A program made the translations under genes and the position numbers. The notes below the pieces were generated by a model. The model worked only from the letters and a program-made list of their open reading frames with translations, was not told where the DNA came from and ran no database searches. This document shows, piece by piece, positions 10,201 through 18,989 of a stretch of DNA of 64,000 nucleotides. The number at the start of each line of letters is the position of its first letter. Position 1 is the stretch's first letter. The DNA comes from Chthoniobacteraceae bacterium (GTDB taxonomy: Bacteria; Verrucomicrobiota; Verrucomicrobiia; Chthoniobacterales; Chthoniobacteraceae): NCBI GenBank assembly GCA_031409335.1, contig JANNWY010000236.1, forward strand, positions 1 through 64,000. Reading direction: 5' to 3'.

Positions 10201-13200
10201 GGTCGTAAGTCGCGGCAGTCAGCCCATCGGGCAGGTTGCTAACGTCGATCGAATAGTTTCCAGGCGGGAGATTCCCGATATTCCAAATTCCATTCGCGCC
10301 AGTCAGGGTCGAAGGCAGAATCACATCGTCTCCGTTCCCCAAAACACCATCCACGCCAGCCCAAGTCGCAGTGACCGTTGCGCCAACGATTCCCGGTTCG
10401 CTGCCATCCTGCAAACCGTTGCCATTCATATCATGCCATACGCGGTCACCGACAACTGCCGGAACGTAGATGCCGGCATCCACGGTCGTATCCAACTGGC
10501 CGGCGACTAGTGTGATGTTTCCGGTGATACCCGTGCCGGGATCAGCATCGCTATCCGTTGCAGCAGTCGCCACGGACGAGTTGTCGATCGTGAAGACCGC
10601 GCCCGGTGGAAGGTCAGTAAACGCCACCTGATAACTGCCAGGCCGCAGGTTTCCAAAGTTGTAGAGTCCGCCGCCCGCGGTGGTCGTCACGATCGGCGCG
10701 ATCGCTCCGAGATCGTTCGCACCAGTCAGCGTCACCGTCACGCCGTTCACACCGGGCTCGGCCCCGTCTTGGCGGCCATTGCCATTGGCATCCTGCCAAA
10801 TGAAATTTCCAAGTGCCGCGGGAGGCAGTTCGCCAAAATTGTAGTTCGGCTGGGTTTCATTGGAGTCAGCGGGAATCACGATTCCCGAACTGAGATCGGT
10901 CCCGATCGCCCCGATGCTGCCGCCAAACGGATTCCCCACATCGCCCGGCTGCTCCTGCCCATCGAGCAGGCCAACTGGCTGTGTCACTTCGATCAGTCGA
11001 TAGTTTCCCGGACGAAGGCCGGTGAACTGGAAGCTGCCGTCCAGCGCGGTCGTGGTGTTGAAAGTCACGTCGTCGCCATCACCGAAGGATCCGTTCGATC
11101 CGGCAAACAACAGCCGAACAGGCACACCCGAGAGACCATTTGCGGAAGACTCGTCAAACAGCGCGTTGTTGTCTAGATCGCGATACACATAGCCGGAGAT
11201 CGTGTTGGTGTTGATCGTAAAGCTCGTCCCGCTGTTGACCGGAGTTCCAGCCCTGCCGCCAACGCCGGGAAGCGAATCGTAAGCGCTGAGGCTTGCGGTA
11301 TTGGTCACTGTCGAGCCCGCCGCCGGGCTCGCACCCACAGTCGCGGAGTAGGTGATGGTGATGGTGTCACCGAGATCAAGACGATCGAATGCGAGACTCA
11401 ATCCGCTGGCGTCGGAGCTATTTGTTACATTCAGGTATCCGACCGCCGCGCCATTGTAAGCCGGAGTGATCGCAAGCGAGCCGAGGTTGATGTTCAGCCC
11501 AATCGCCGCGAGGGCGTCTGCCAGCGCGAGATCGAAGGCTGGCCCGGTCGAATTCCCCGTGTGCTGGATGACCACCTGATAGTCCATCGCCGTCCCAGCA
11601 TCCACCGTGGTATCCGGGTTCAGCAGCGTCTTGGTGATCTGTAACTGCGGCTCGACGACCGTCGCGAATACCGTATTGGAAGGCAGGACCGCGCCGCTGT
11701 TGACTTGCAGCGTCGCACTGTTTGGCAGCGAAGTCTGGCCGGGCAGGAGTCCTTCATTTCCGACCAGATTCTGAACGAGTGCGGTGAAAGTAACAGTGAA
11801 GCTGTTGTTCGCTGCATTGTTGTCATTCGTGACCGTGATCGTGCCCAGGTCGAAGGTAACACTCCCTGCGCCAGTCGTGGCGCTGACTAGTGCCGCAGTG
11901 CCGCCAAAGCCAGTCGTATCGACGATCGCGGAACCCGCGACATAGGAAAGGCCCGCAGGCAGGGTATCGACTAGCAGCGTGTTCGCTGAACTTCCCTCCG
12001 GCAGCGTCACCGTGAGCGTATAGGTGATTGTCTCACCGACGCTCACATCCGCGCCCGTCGTCGCGGAGACGGATGTCGCGGCGATCGCTTTGGCAATCGA
12101 ACCGTTCGGCACGGTGATGTTGGTCGAGGTGGTGGCAACGTAGTCGTTCAAACCGCCAGCGCCGGTGCGTTCGCCCGTGTTTCCACCCGCGACGCCGGGA
12201 GTGTTCGAGCCAGTCGGATTTCCCAAGGTGCCGTTTGCTCCGGGAAGGGTGGTATAGACAAGCTGCGCGCCATTCGTGAGCACCTGCGCGGGAGTGACGT
12301 TGGCATTCAGTGTCGCCGTGTAAGTAATCGAGACGGTGCCGCCGGTCGGGATCGTGCCGATGGTGACATCCAGCAGGCTACCCGCGGTGGCATTGGTGAC
12401 TCCCGCCGCGCCGCCGCCGAGCGTGACCGAGACGCTCGCGACATTCAGCGTCATGAATGCCGGGATGGCATCCGTGAGCCGCGCTTCGTAGGCAGTCGCG
12501 CCAGTGTTTGAATAGGTCACGGTATAAGTCACGGTGTCGCCCGCATCAGCCGTCGCGGTGGAGACGCCTTTGGTGAGATTGGTGATGCTCGGCTCGACGA
12601 TTGTGACATTGCTCGTGTTCGACGATGGCCCGGATTGCACCCCGCCGAGCGACGCGAAAAAACTATTCCCGCGCACGTTCCCCGCCTGATTATTGCCCGC
12701 GACAGAGTTATCGACGATCGCGTTAAACTCAATGATGACGAACTCCTGATCGGCATCGCGATCGGCGTTGTCGATCGTTCCGAGATTGAAGACGACATCG
12801 GTCCCGGACGTGAAGGGTCCGCCCGAAATCGCGCCGCCCGGCAGCACGAAGGCTGGCGTGATGCTGGCGACGCTCGCCTGATTTCCCGAAACAAACAGCC
12901 CGGCTCCCGCGAGCGTGCTGGACGTGAGGCCGCCGAGATTTCCCACGAACGCGACGTATGCCGTCCCGTCATTGAGGAAAGTAAGGCCGGTCGGGAGCGC
13001 GTCGTTGAGCGCGAAGTTGGTGAGGGTGTCGCTCTCCGGCACCTGCACTTGCAGGCGGTAACGCACAACTTCGCCGATCGTCGCGTTCGCGCCGCTGGTC
13101 GAGGCTTCGGAAGTCGCGACGATGGATTTCACCGGCACGATCGGGTGGATGGTCACGGTGGCTTGCGCAGTCGTCCGCAGATCGTTCGCGTTCACCAGCG

Positions 13201-16200
13201 AGCCAGTGCGTTCGCCGGTATCCGCGCCGGGCAAGCCCGTGTTTGCGGAGCCGGTCGGATTGCTGGTCGTGCCGTTCGTTCCAGGCAGGCTCGTGGTCGT
13301 CGCGACGGCAGTGTTGGTGATCGTTTGTCCGGGCGTCACGCTGTTGTTGACGGTCGCCGAGTAAGTCACGGTAACGCTCCCACCGGCGAGGATCGTATCG
13401 ATCGCATAGCTCACCGAGTTACCCGCGGAGTTATTCACGATGCCAGCCACGCCGCCCGCGCTGGCGACCGCGACGCTGCCTAGATTCAGCGTGAGAAAGG
13501 CCGGGAGCGCGTCCTGAAGCACCGACTCGAAGGCGGGCGTGACGTTATTGCCGGTGCCGTTGGTGAGGGTCACGGTGAAATTCACCGTGTCGCCCGCATC
13601 GCCCGAGGATGGCGATACACCCTTGGAAAGTGTCAGCGCGGATTCCGCGATGACGATGCTCGTCGAGTTGGAAACCGGACCGGTCAGGCTGCCATTGACC
13701 GATGCCTGATAGGTGTTGGTCCTGGTGTCCCCCGCGTCGTTGCTGCCAGCCACGCTGTTATCGACGAGCGCGTTGAATTCCAGCACGGCGAATTCACCGT
13801 TCGCATCGCTCTCCGAGTTCGTGAGGTTTCCTAGGACAAAAGTCGGATCGGTCCCCGTCGAAAATGCACCGCCGAGAATCGCGCCGCCGGGCAGCACAAA
13901 GGTGGGTGAGATGCCGGAAACCGTCGTCTCATCGCCGACCAACTCGAGGCCCGCGCCGGTGAGCGTGGACGACGTGAGCGAGCTGCCGGAGGTGGTGACA
14001 AACGCCAGCGTCGTCGTGCCATCGTTGATGTAGGTCAGCCCGGTCGGGAGCGAATCCACGAGACGGAAATTGGTTGCGCCGCCCTCGGGCAAGCGCGTCA
14101 CCAGCCGGTAGCGAATCACTTCACCGATCGCCGCGCGTTCGGTGCCCGCGACGACCGTGGTGAATGCTTCCGACGTGCTCACGAGCGACTTCGTCGGTGT
14201 CGGCGTCGCGATGGTGACGGTCGCCGCGTCCGTTAGGTCTGTCGTGGTATGATCCGGTCCCGATTCCGCGCCCGCATAGTTAAACACCGTCGCAGTATTT
14301 GTTAGCGTCTGGCCGGGCTGGACGGTATTGATCGCGACTAGGTCATAGGTCAGTACGAGCAGGTTGCGCCCATCGGTCGCGTCGTACGCGTCGAGCGAAC
14401 CCGGATCGGGATTCGTCGAACCGGGATCAGTCAGATCGATGCCACCCGCGGCGTCAAAGAGACCCGCGCCGATATTGGAAAACGCGAGCGCCGCACCCGT
14501 GCCATCGACGACGCGCAGATTCAACCCCGCGCCGCCGGGGATCGCGAATCCCGCTGGCAGCGTGTCGCGCAGCCGCACATCGAATGCGCCGTTCAAACCG
14601 CTGCCCGTGTTTTCCACGACGATCGCAAAGGTCACGATGTCGCCCGCGTCGATGCCGGAGAGATTGCTGTTGATCGGCGTCGCGGCGAGGCCGTTCGAAT
14701 GGATCGTGCCCGCAAAGCGCGCGCCCGCCGTGCCCGGCGCATTGAAGGCCAGCGGTCCGACGGCACCTGGCGTAAACGTGGCGCCCGCCTTGTCCGTCGC
14801 GACCACCCCCTTGCGCACATTCAATACCGGCTCGGTGAGCTGAATCTGAATGATCGCGTCCGCCGTCGCGGTGCCGGCATTCGTCGTTCCTTCGCCAACC
14901 CGCGCCTGATTCGTCAGGAAAAGCCCGTCCGCAAAGGGAGCGGCGGACGCGGTGACAGTAAGCAGCAGGTCCACCGTGGTCGGCTGGTTCAGCGCGCTGT
15001 CGAAGTTCGCATAGCTCAGCGAGAGGCTGTTGGAAACGCCGTCGGTGCTCAGCGTCGGCACCAGGCCGGAGTAAGCGCGGAAGGTATCCGAAGGCCCAAA
15101 TTTCACATGACCGGCGATGGGTGCAGCGATGCTCTTCACGTCGTCGAAAATCGTGAGTGTCGTCGCGTCAAAAATCGGCAGTGGCAGGAAATCGCTGATC
15201 GCGAGACCTTCCACATCGCTCGTCGGCAGCGTGTAAGTCAGCCGATAAGTCACCGTGTCGCCCGGCGCGATACTTACCGGCGAGCCAAATGCCGTGCTGC
15301 CATTGATCGCGTAAATCGATTTCGTCAGCGTCCCTTTGACAATCACCACGCCCGCCGCGCTCGTGTCTTCCTCGGACTGGCCAGTCGGCGTCGTCGCATC
15401 CACGACGGAAAGTAGATCGCCCGCGATGGAAACATTGTTGGAAAGGGTATCGCCCTGGTCCACGGACGGATCGCCGGAGGGAAAGTTGAAGTCGAAGTTA
15501 TCCTGGATCGTCGTGCGGAAAGTGATCGTCGCTGTCGTCCCTGGAGTCAATGCAGGGGCCGATTGCGGAAGCGGGCCGCCGGTCCCGCCGTTGGGCACAT
15601 TGCCGCCGAGCAGCTTTCCGTCGAGGCCACGCGTTACGAGTTCATTGGAAATACGAAACGTCAGCGGAGTCGTCCCATTGATCGCGCTTTGCGCGCCGAG
15701 TGTGAAGTTTGCCGCGTTAAAAGTGCTGCTCGAAGAAGCGCCGTGTTCGTTCACGGTCAGCGTCGGCGTAAAGCCCGCGACGAACTTCTGGCCATCCGAA
15801 AAGACATCGCTCGCGATCAGATTTTGAAACGCGAAGTAGTCCGAAATCTGGAACGTCATCGTGTATTCCAGCGTATCGCCGGGACTCGCGCCGACCGCGC
15901 CCGTGTCCGTCACGACTGTCACACCCTTTTGAATCGCGATGGCTTTGTCCGTCAGCGTGTGATCGTTCGCAGTGTCATTGCTCACCACCGGGCCGGTGGC
16001 ATCGCGACTGTCGATGGGCGCCCATGTTCCCTGCGCGCTCGCGTCATTCACCGAAGTCACGTCGTTGCCCGAGAGAGCGTTGATCACAGGGTTTCCGAGC
16101 GAATTCGCCCGTGGCACATAGAACGTGAAAAGCATCGTCGCATCGTTCGTCGCCGTCGTCCCCGTCACGCTCGCAAACTCCCGCGTCAGCGTGCCACCGG

Positions 16201-17032
16201 GTGTGAGCGTGGATGGCGTCGCGATGGCAGTCGTGCCCGACGCCGTGCCGCGGATCGTGGTGCTGTTCACACTGACGAATTGCAGGTTGTTCGGCAGCGC
16301 ATCGCTAAGCTGGAGGCTGGTCAGCGTCTGCCCCGCCGCGATGTCCACGGTGATGAGATATTGCCTGGTAAAGTTCGGTCCCGACGCCGTCTCGTCCTCT
16401 GGACCGACATAGGTTTTCGTCAAAGTGAAAAGGCTCGGCGTGATTGTTGTGCTATTGAGCGTGCCGAGCAGGCTTGGGTCGGTCGTCGGATTATTCAGCG
16501 CGTCATTGCCATACTGAAAACCCGCGCGCGCCTGGACGTTCAGCGGCGTGCTGACATCCGCCAGGTTACTCAGTTGCGCGGAGAAATTGATTGCCGCCTG
16601 CGGCTGATTGGGCGTGAAGCTTCCAAAGGGTAGCTGGAAGACGACCAGTTGATTGCCGGGCGTTCCCGTGACCACCAGCGGCGCGCCTGTATTCGTGCGC
16701 GCATACGGGTGGGTCGCATTTCCTCCGGCATCGAAAGTAAGCACCGTCGTTGTAACTGCTGTCCCAAGATAGGTCGCGCTACCCGGCACGAAGGTGAGCC
16801 CATCGTCCACCCCGGCCCCCGCGCCATCTGCGCCGGTCGCCGGGAGATACACGTCGATATAAGGCCCGAAGCCAGTGTCCGCCGGATCCGCGTTGTCGAA
16901 CGTCGCGGTGAGCGCGACGACTTCGCCGATGAGCGGCTTGGCCGGCGCGGAGATGGAAACGGCGGGAACCGCGCTGCAAAGGATCCGGTCTTCGATCGTC
17001 TCGAGAAGGAGTGAACGGCGGGACGTGGGCAT
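4202..17032 (-). CDS. Giant adhesin-like protein (~4,276 aa): LEPRxLL-like leader, isopeptide-forming (fimbrial D2-type)/DUF11 domains, 17 SdrD B-like (CnaB) repeats, two DUF11 domains and a non-repeat C-terminal domain
   Basis: ORF 4202..17203; the likely start is M58 at 17032 (MPTSRRSLLLETIEDRILCS), since the upstream extension overlaps the tolC start. Repeated K..IGE.I.Y.L...PEG, GDTVTYT...D.LP and SG.V(F/Y).D.D.DG...G.Y.F..L..G.Y...ETQP...NFGE motifs. Confidence 0.9.
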   Translation of the reverse strand: MPTSRRSLLLETIEDRILCSAVPAVSISAPAKPLIGEVVALTATFDNADPADTGFGPYIDVYLPATGADGAGAGVDDGLTFVPGSATYLGTAVTTTVLTFDAGGNATHPYARTNTGAPLVVTGTPGNQLVVFQLPFGSFTPNQPQAAINFSAQLSNLADVSTPLNVQARAGFQYGNDALNNPTTDPSLLGTLNSTTITPSLFTLTKTYVGPEDETASGPNFTRQYLITVDIAAGQTLTSLQLSDALPNNLQFVSVNSTTIRGTASGTTAIATPSTLTPGGTLTREFASVTGTTATNDATMLFTFYVPRANSLGNPVINALSGNDVTSVNDASAQGTWAPIDSRDATGPVVSNDTANDHTLTDKAIAIQKGVTVVTDTGAVGASPGDTLEYTMTFQISDYFAFQNLIASDVFSDGQKFVAGFTPTLTVNEHGASSSSTFNAANFTLGAQSAINGTTPLTFRISNELVTRGLDGKLLGGNVPNGGTGGPLPQSAPALTPGTTATITFRTTIQDNFDFNFPSGDPSVDQGDTLSNNVSIAGDLLSVVDATTPTGQSEEDTSAAGVVIVKGTLTKSIYAINGSTAFGSPVSIAPGDTVTYRLTYTLPTSDVEGLAISDFLPLPIFDATTLTIFDDVKSIAAPIAGHVKFGPSDTFRAYSGLVPTLSTDGVSNSLSLSYANFDSALNQPTTVDLLLTVTASAAPFADGLFLTNQARVGEGTTNAGTATADAIIQIQLTEPVLNVRKGVVATDKAGATFTPGAVGPLAFNAPGTAGARFAGTIHSNGLAATPINSNLSGIDAGDIVTFAIVVENTGSGLNGAFDVRLRDTLPAGFAIPGGAGLNLRVVDGTGAALAFSNIGAGLFDAAGGIDLTDPGSTNPDPGSLDAYDATDGRNLLVLTYDLVAINTVQPGQTLTNTATVFNYAGAESGPDHTTTDLTDAATVTIATPTPTKSLVSTSEAFTTVVAGTERAAIGEVIRYRLVTRLPEGGATNFRLVDSLPTGLTYINDGTTTLAFVTTSGSSLTSSTLTGAGLELVGDETTVSGISPTFVLPGGAILGGAFSTGTDPTFVLGNLTNSESDANGEFAVLEFNALVDNSVAGSNDAGDTRTNTYQASVNGSLTGPVSNSTSIVIAESALTLSKGVSPSSGDAGDTVNFTVTLTNGTGNNVTPAFESVLQDALPAFLTLNLGSVAVASAGGVAGIVNNSAGNSVSYAIDTILAGGSVTVTYSATVNNSVTPGQTITNTAVATTTSLPGTNGTTSNPTGSANTGLPGADTGERTGSLVNANDLRTTAQATVTIHPIVPVKSIVATSEASTSGANATIGEVVRYRLQVQVPESDTLTNFALNDALPTGLTFLNDGTAYVAFVGNLGGLTSSTLAGAGLFVSGNQASVASITPAFVLPGGAISGGPFTSGTDVVFNLGTIDNADRDADQEFVIIEFNAIVDNSVAGNNQAGNVRGNSFFASLGGVQSGPSSNTSNVTIVEPSITNLTKGVSTATADAGDTVTYTVTYSNTGATAYEARLTDAIPAFMTLNVASVSVTLGGGAAGVTNATAGSLLDVTIGTIPTGGTVSITYTATLNANVTPAQVLTNGAQLVYTTLPGANGTLGNPTGSNTPGVAGGNTGERTGAGGLNDYVATTSTNITVPNGSIAKAIAATSVSATTGADVSVGETITYTLTVTLPEGSSANTLLVDTLPAGLSYVAGSAIVDTTGFGGTAALVSATTGAGSVTFDLGTITVTNDNNAANNSFTVTFTALVQNLVGNEGLLPGQTSLPNSATLQVNSGAVLPSNTVFATVVEPQLQITKTLLNPDTTVDAGTAMDYQVVIQHTGNSTGPAFDLALADALAAIGLNINLGSLAITPAYNGAAVGYLNVTNSSDASGLSLAFDRLDLGDTITITYSATVGASPAAGSTVTNTASLSAYDSLPGVGGRAGTPVNSGTSFTINTNTISGYVYRDLDNNALFDESSANGLSGVPVRLLFAGSNGSFGDGDDVTFNTTTALDGSFQFTGLRPGNYRLIEVTQPVGLLDGQEQPGDVGNPFGGSIGAIGTDLSSGIVIPADSNETQPNYNFGELPPAALGNFIWQDANGNGRQDGAEPGVNGVTVTLTGANDLGAIAPIVTTTAGGGLYNFGNLRPGSYQVAFTDLPPGAVFTIDNSSVATAATDSDADPGTGITGNITLVAGQLDTTVDAGIYVPAVVGDRVWHDMNGNGLQDGSEPGIVGATVTATWAGVDGVLGNGDDVILPSTLTGANGIWNIGNLPPGNYSIDVSNLPDGLTAATYDLDGTGTPDTVTLTLATGANRSDIDFGYRGTGTLGDFVWNDNNGDGVQDANEPGIPDAAVTLTWFGQDATLGGGDDVIYNTLTDAAGGYQFTGLPAGDFAVSVNPATLPGNLTSTFDLDGIGTPNTTAVSLIPGETRDDADFGYRGDASVGDTVWYDLDADGVVDLDEPGIDGVTVTLLFGGLDGNLATAGDNITYTTTTDASGTYLFEGLPVGIIGGGNNFRVTTSGVPAVYNSPTFDRDGIGSANTSAFQLNAAQSRTDLDFGYRGNSTLSGFVYTDASNDGVFQSGGSVPELAIAGVTVTLTGEDFFGNPIIRSTITGINGAYSFIGLIAGDYAVTQQPQTSAPLDVYLDGKETAGTAGGDAFSVDDVISSITLGSGVASTGNNFGELVPSSLAGSVFIDANGDGVRGVGESGIENVTIDLMGTDDLGTPVSLTVVTDVNGNYLFSNLRPGTYTITETQPLGYFDAGDAVGTVGGTLADDEVSAIALAPGQNGTAYNFGERRTSLSGTVFIDKGADGFLDPEDSGRIVGVTLTLRDSLNAIVATVQTDASGNYLFGDLIAGDYTIEQTQPNGYGSSSPNSLLLTIPVDGLTDVNFGETTGSLSGLVYLDADRTGGFTAGDTGLAGVQVRLTGTDANGAAVSRTTTTAGDGTYLFSDLVAGTYTLTETQPLAYRDGAETLGSLGGTLVPTDAMNAIVLPAATDGIDYQFGELVNLPPGRGAITGTVFADLDKGGTLDAGENGLAGVTIRLRNAAGIVVATTATDAAGAYRFSNLAPGDYTVVETQPAAYGSSTPDVLNPVTVTAGVITADQNFGETYGSLAGSVYVDANNDGSIDIGETPVAGVTVTLTGTDVNGAAVSRSTITAVDGSYFFGNLLTGTYRLAEAQPASYADGIDAIGTSGGVLGSDVFSTIGLGGGIDAIEYNFGERGVTLSGKVFVDANRNAVLNPGETGLDGVTLQLRDSSGSVVATTTTAPDGTYSFTNLAAGNYSVIEAQPNGYGSSTPDTIAVNVPVTGRTGVNFGETTSSIAGLVYLDSNLDGSFATGESGIGGTTVTLTGTDASGAAISLTTTTGSDGLYSFTGLLSGNYTLDETQPALYNDGFESVGTAGVLVLTDDQFAGIGLGAAFDATGYDFGETLATPPGTGTIIGTVFIDRDRDTTLDSGERGLFGIVINLLDNTNAVIATTTTNPDGSYSFTGIAPGAGYQVRQPAQPIAYGSSTPNSVPGINVIADGVSVIDFGETAGSLSGLVYLDRDGNGVFSAGDSPLAGVTVDLTGTDVNGGVVILNGTTGTDGTYLFADLPAGVYQITETQPAEYLDGADTIGTSGGSLVSPDTIGTITLPAAANGTDYHFGENGLSLGGTVFVDTDRNGTLDEVGTGIGGVTLQLIDTNGQVVATTTTAGNGTYTFTNLLAGDYTVVETQPGAYGSSTANSVPVSLAIGSIAPPVDFGEITGSLAGIVYHDINNDGLFDGLEPVIEGAQITLTGVNVNGGAVSLTTTTLADGSYSFSGLLAGTYILTEIQPSGFRDGRETVGSVGGNANVNDVTSGIGIGGGSDATDYLFGERTPSDLVVTKTDGRAQVRPGQALTYTITIRNPALQDADGVLVTDRFPTDVLDFLGASNGGVFDAATGTIRWSLGVLAGSDAQTITLTITARVKAQIPGGSESFTNIVTVVDSGRSGPDPTPGNNTARDTDEVIATPDLYIFKTDNLTTTTVGDTVTYSVSGGNAGDQAAGGVTVRDTLPPGVKFVSASHGGKLVNGEVVWNLGTVRPGETFQLSVSVIVEQVPDGGQILNPVTIVDEFGNFEDPTPENNRAFDLTGVKPGAAGFVFAFDSFNDFSGGSRPGFYDYGGEPEIYRLPLLPLAPIYSGEADPGATLFISLVNARGVTIGEQTVMVDAGGNWLATFPSSTIRDVPSSVRITEIPAPYSIADGTGYNLRTYFSPALNPGHFFTGAQMNALLGMRPAPLLQGLGLENPLQLGNVKYGGEMLGLQGTASGY

Positions 17033-17147
17033 GGAGTTAGGCCGGAGTAAGTGTATGGGTGGTGGCTGTCTGCGGGCCGCGCTTCCCGGTGTGGTTGGCG
17101 CGAGTGGTAGGCAATTTTTTCCGCATTTCCGCGTTTGAGAAAGCATC

Positions 17148-17163
17148 TGGCATACCAACCGCT
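17148..17163 (+). promoter_or_regulatory. Possible sigma54 promoter for the tolC-secA-like-MFP operon
   Basis: TGGCATACCAACCGCT: correct GG-N10-GC spacing and TGGCA -24 box, but the -12 box is CCGC rather than TTGC; ~32 nt before the ATG at 17196. Confidence 0.4.
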
Positions 17164-17195
17164 TTAGCAGCGGCGACCCACAACCAATCCAACCA

Positions 17196-18989
17196 ATGCC
17201 CATCCCAAACAGCTACACGACCTTTCTCGCGTATCTCGCCTGCACCAGCCTTGCCCTTTCTGTGGAACCGCCTCCGCTGCCCAGCGATCCGAGTCCGGAC
17301 GAGCCCTCGTTGCTCGATCAATACAACTCCGAAATCGCAAAGATCGGTCGCGGTAATCGCACTTTTGCGAAGAAGACCGCGGCCACGATCCCCAACGATT
17401 TTTCACCGTGGTGGATTCGCGGCCAGCGCAACACCCTTGGCGACGATTCCCGTTCGCAAGGCATCAGCGTCGATGATCTCTATGTCCGCGCGATTCAGCA
17501 TTCCAATCAGATCAAAGTCTTCAGCGACCTGCCGCTGATCCGTGAGACTGGCATTCAGGAAGCCAGGGGCGAGTTCGACACGAACGCTTTTCTCCAGGGA
17601 AAGTTCGACCGCAAAAATGATCCCGTCGGCAACACGCTCACCACGGGCGGTGCCTCGCGTTTCCGGCAGGATGAGTGGTCGATGGAGGCTGGCGCGAAAA
17701 AGAAATTCGTGACCGGTACCGAGGTCACGCTCTCGCAGGAACTCTCCCGCACGGACAACAACTCGGTCTATTTCGTCCCAAATCCGCAGTCGAAAGCGAC
17801 GCTCTCGCTGAATGTCGTGCAGCCACTGCTCAAAGGCGCGGGCGTTTCCTACAACCGCAGTACGCTGCGCATCGCGCGCATCGACTCCGAAATCGCGATG
17901 AGCGAATTCATCCGCCAGAGCGAATCGCATCTGCTCGAAATCACGCGCACCTATTGGGCGCTTTACGCGGCGCGCGTCACTTATTTGCAAAAGGCCAAAC
18001 TCATCGATGAAACCGCGCGCGTGGCCGATGAACTCAAGGCCCGCCAGAAAGTCGATGCCAAGCAATCGCAGCTCTTCCGCGCGCAATCCGCGCTCGCCTC
18101 GCGTCGCGCCGATCTCGTCCGCTCCGAAGCCGCGATCCGCAATGCGCAGGATCGGCTGAAGGCGCTCGTAAACGATCCCGGCCTGCTCGCCTCCGCCGGT
18201 GCCGAGCTCGTGCCACGCGATCGGCTCATCCTTTCGAGCATGCCCGTCGATACCCAATCCGCCGCGCAAATCGCGCTGCAAAACCGGCCCGAAATCAGCC
18301 AGGCATTCCTGCAACTGCGGGCTGCCACCATTCGCGAAAACATGCAGCGCAACGAACTCCTGCCCGAGCTGAATCTCGTGCTGCAAGGCTCGCTCGGCGG
18401 GCTCGACAGCGGCGACTACGGCAGCGCTTACGAGCGCCAGTATGGCAAGGGCACGCCGGGCTGGGGCGCAGGATTTGTATTCAGCTTTCCGCTGGAAAAC
18501 AACATCGGACGCGCGCGCCACGAGCGCCGCCAGCTCGAACTCCGCCAGCAGGTCGATCAGGTCCGCACCACGATCGACACCGTCCTACTCGAAGTGAAAG
18601 TGAGCGCCCGCGAGGTCTCGACCGCGTATCGCGAGACGCAGGCGAAATTCGCCGCCGTCAAAGCCTTCACCGAAGACATCGACTCGCTCCAGGCCCGCCG
18701 CGCCGTGCAGACCGCGTCGCCCGCGCCGGGGGTCGATGAATCCTCGCTCACCGCGAGCTACCTCGACACGCTGCTCGACAGTCAGGATCGCCGCTCGAAC
18801 TCCGAAGAGGAATTCATCCGCGCCGCCGCGAACTACCAGATCGCGATCGTGAATCTCGAACGCGCCAAGGGTAGCCTGCTGAACTATTCCGCCGTCGATG
18901 TCGTTCGCACAAAGGACGACCGCGGCCTGCCGTTGCTGCGCTTGGAGAAAGGCGGACGCGATGGGAAATCCAACGTGTCGGGCAAATAG
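17196..18989 (+). CDS. TolC family outer membrane efflux/secretion protein
   Basis: Signal-peptide-like N-terminus, QPLLKGAG, ALQNRPEI, ELLPELNL, FSFPLEN motifs and long helical segments typical of OEP repeats. Confidence 0.88.
   Translation: MPIPNSYTTFLAYLACTSLALSVEPPPLPSDPSPDEPSLLDQYNSEIAKIGRGNRTFAKKTAATIPNDFSPWWIRGQRNTLGDDSRSQGISVDDLYVRAIQHSNQIKVFSDLPLIRETGIQEARGEFDTNAFLQGKFDRKNDPVGNTLTTGGASRFRQDEWSMEAGAKKKFVTGTEVTLSQELSRTDNNSVYFVPNPQSKATLSLNVVQPLLKGAGVSYNRSTLRIARIDSEIAMSEFIRQSESHLLEITRTYWALYAARVTYLQKAKLIDETARVADELKARQKVDAKQSQLFRAQSALASRRADLVRSEAAIRNAQDRLKALVNDPGLLASAGAELVPRDRLILSSMPVDTQSAAQIALQNRPEISQAFLQLRAATIRENMQRNELLPELNLVLQGSLGGLDSGDYGSAYERQYGKGTPGWGAGFVFSFPLENNIGRARHERRQLELRQQVDQVRTTIDTVLLEVKVSAREVSTAYRETQAKFAAVKAFTEDIDSLQARRAVQTASPAPGVDESSLTASYLDTLLDSQDRRSNSEEEFIRAAANYQIAIVNLERAKGSLLNYSAVDVVRTKDDRGLPLLRLEKGGRDGKSNVSGK

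Noticed and set aside
17033..17203. 57-aa N-terminal extension of the 4,333-aa ORF
   Set aside because: Overlaps the tolC start and the divergent promoter region; the shared leader motif indicates a start at 17032.
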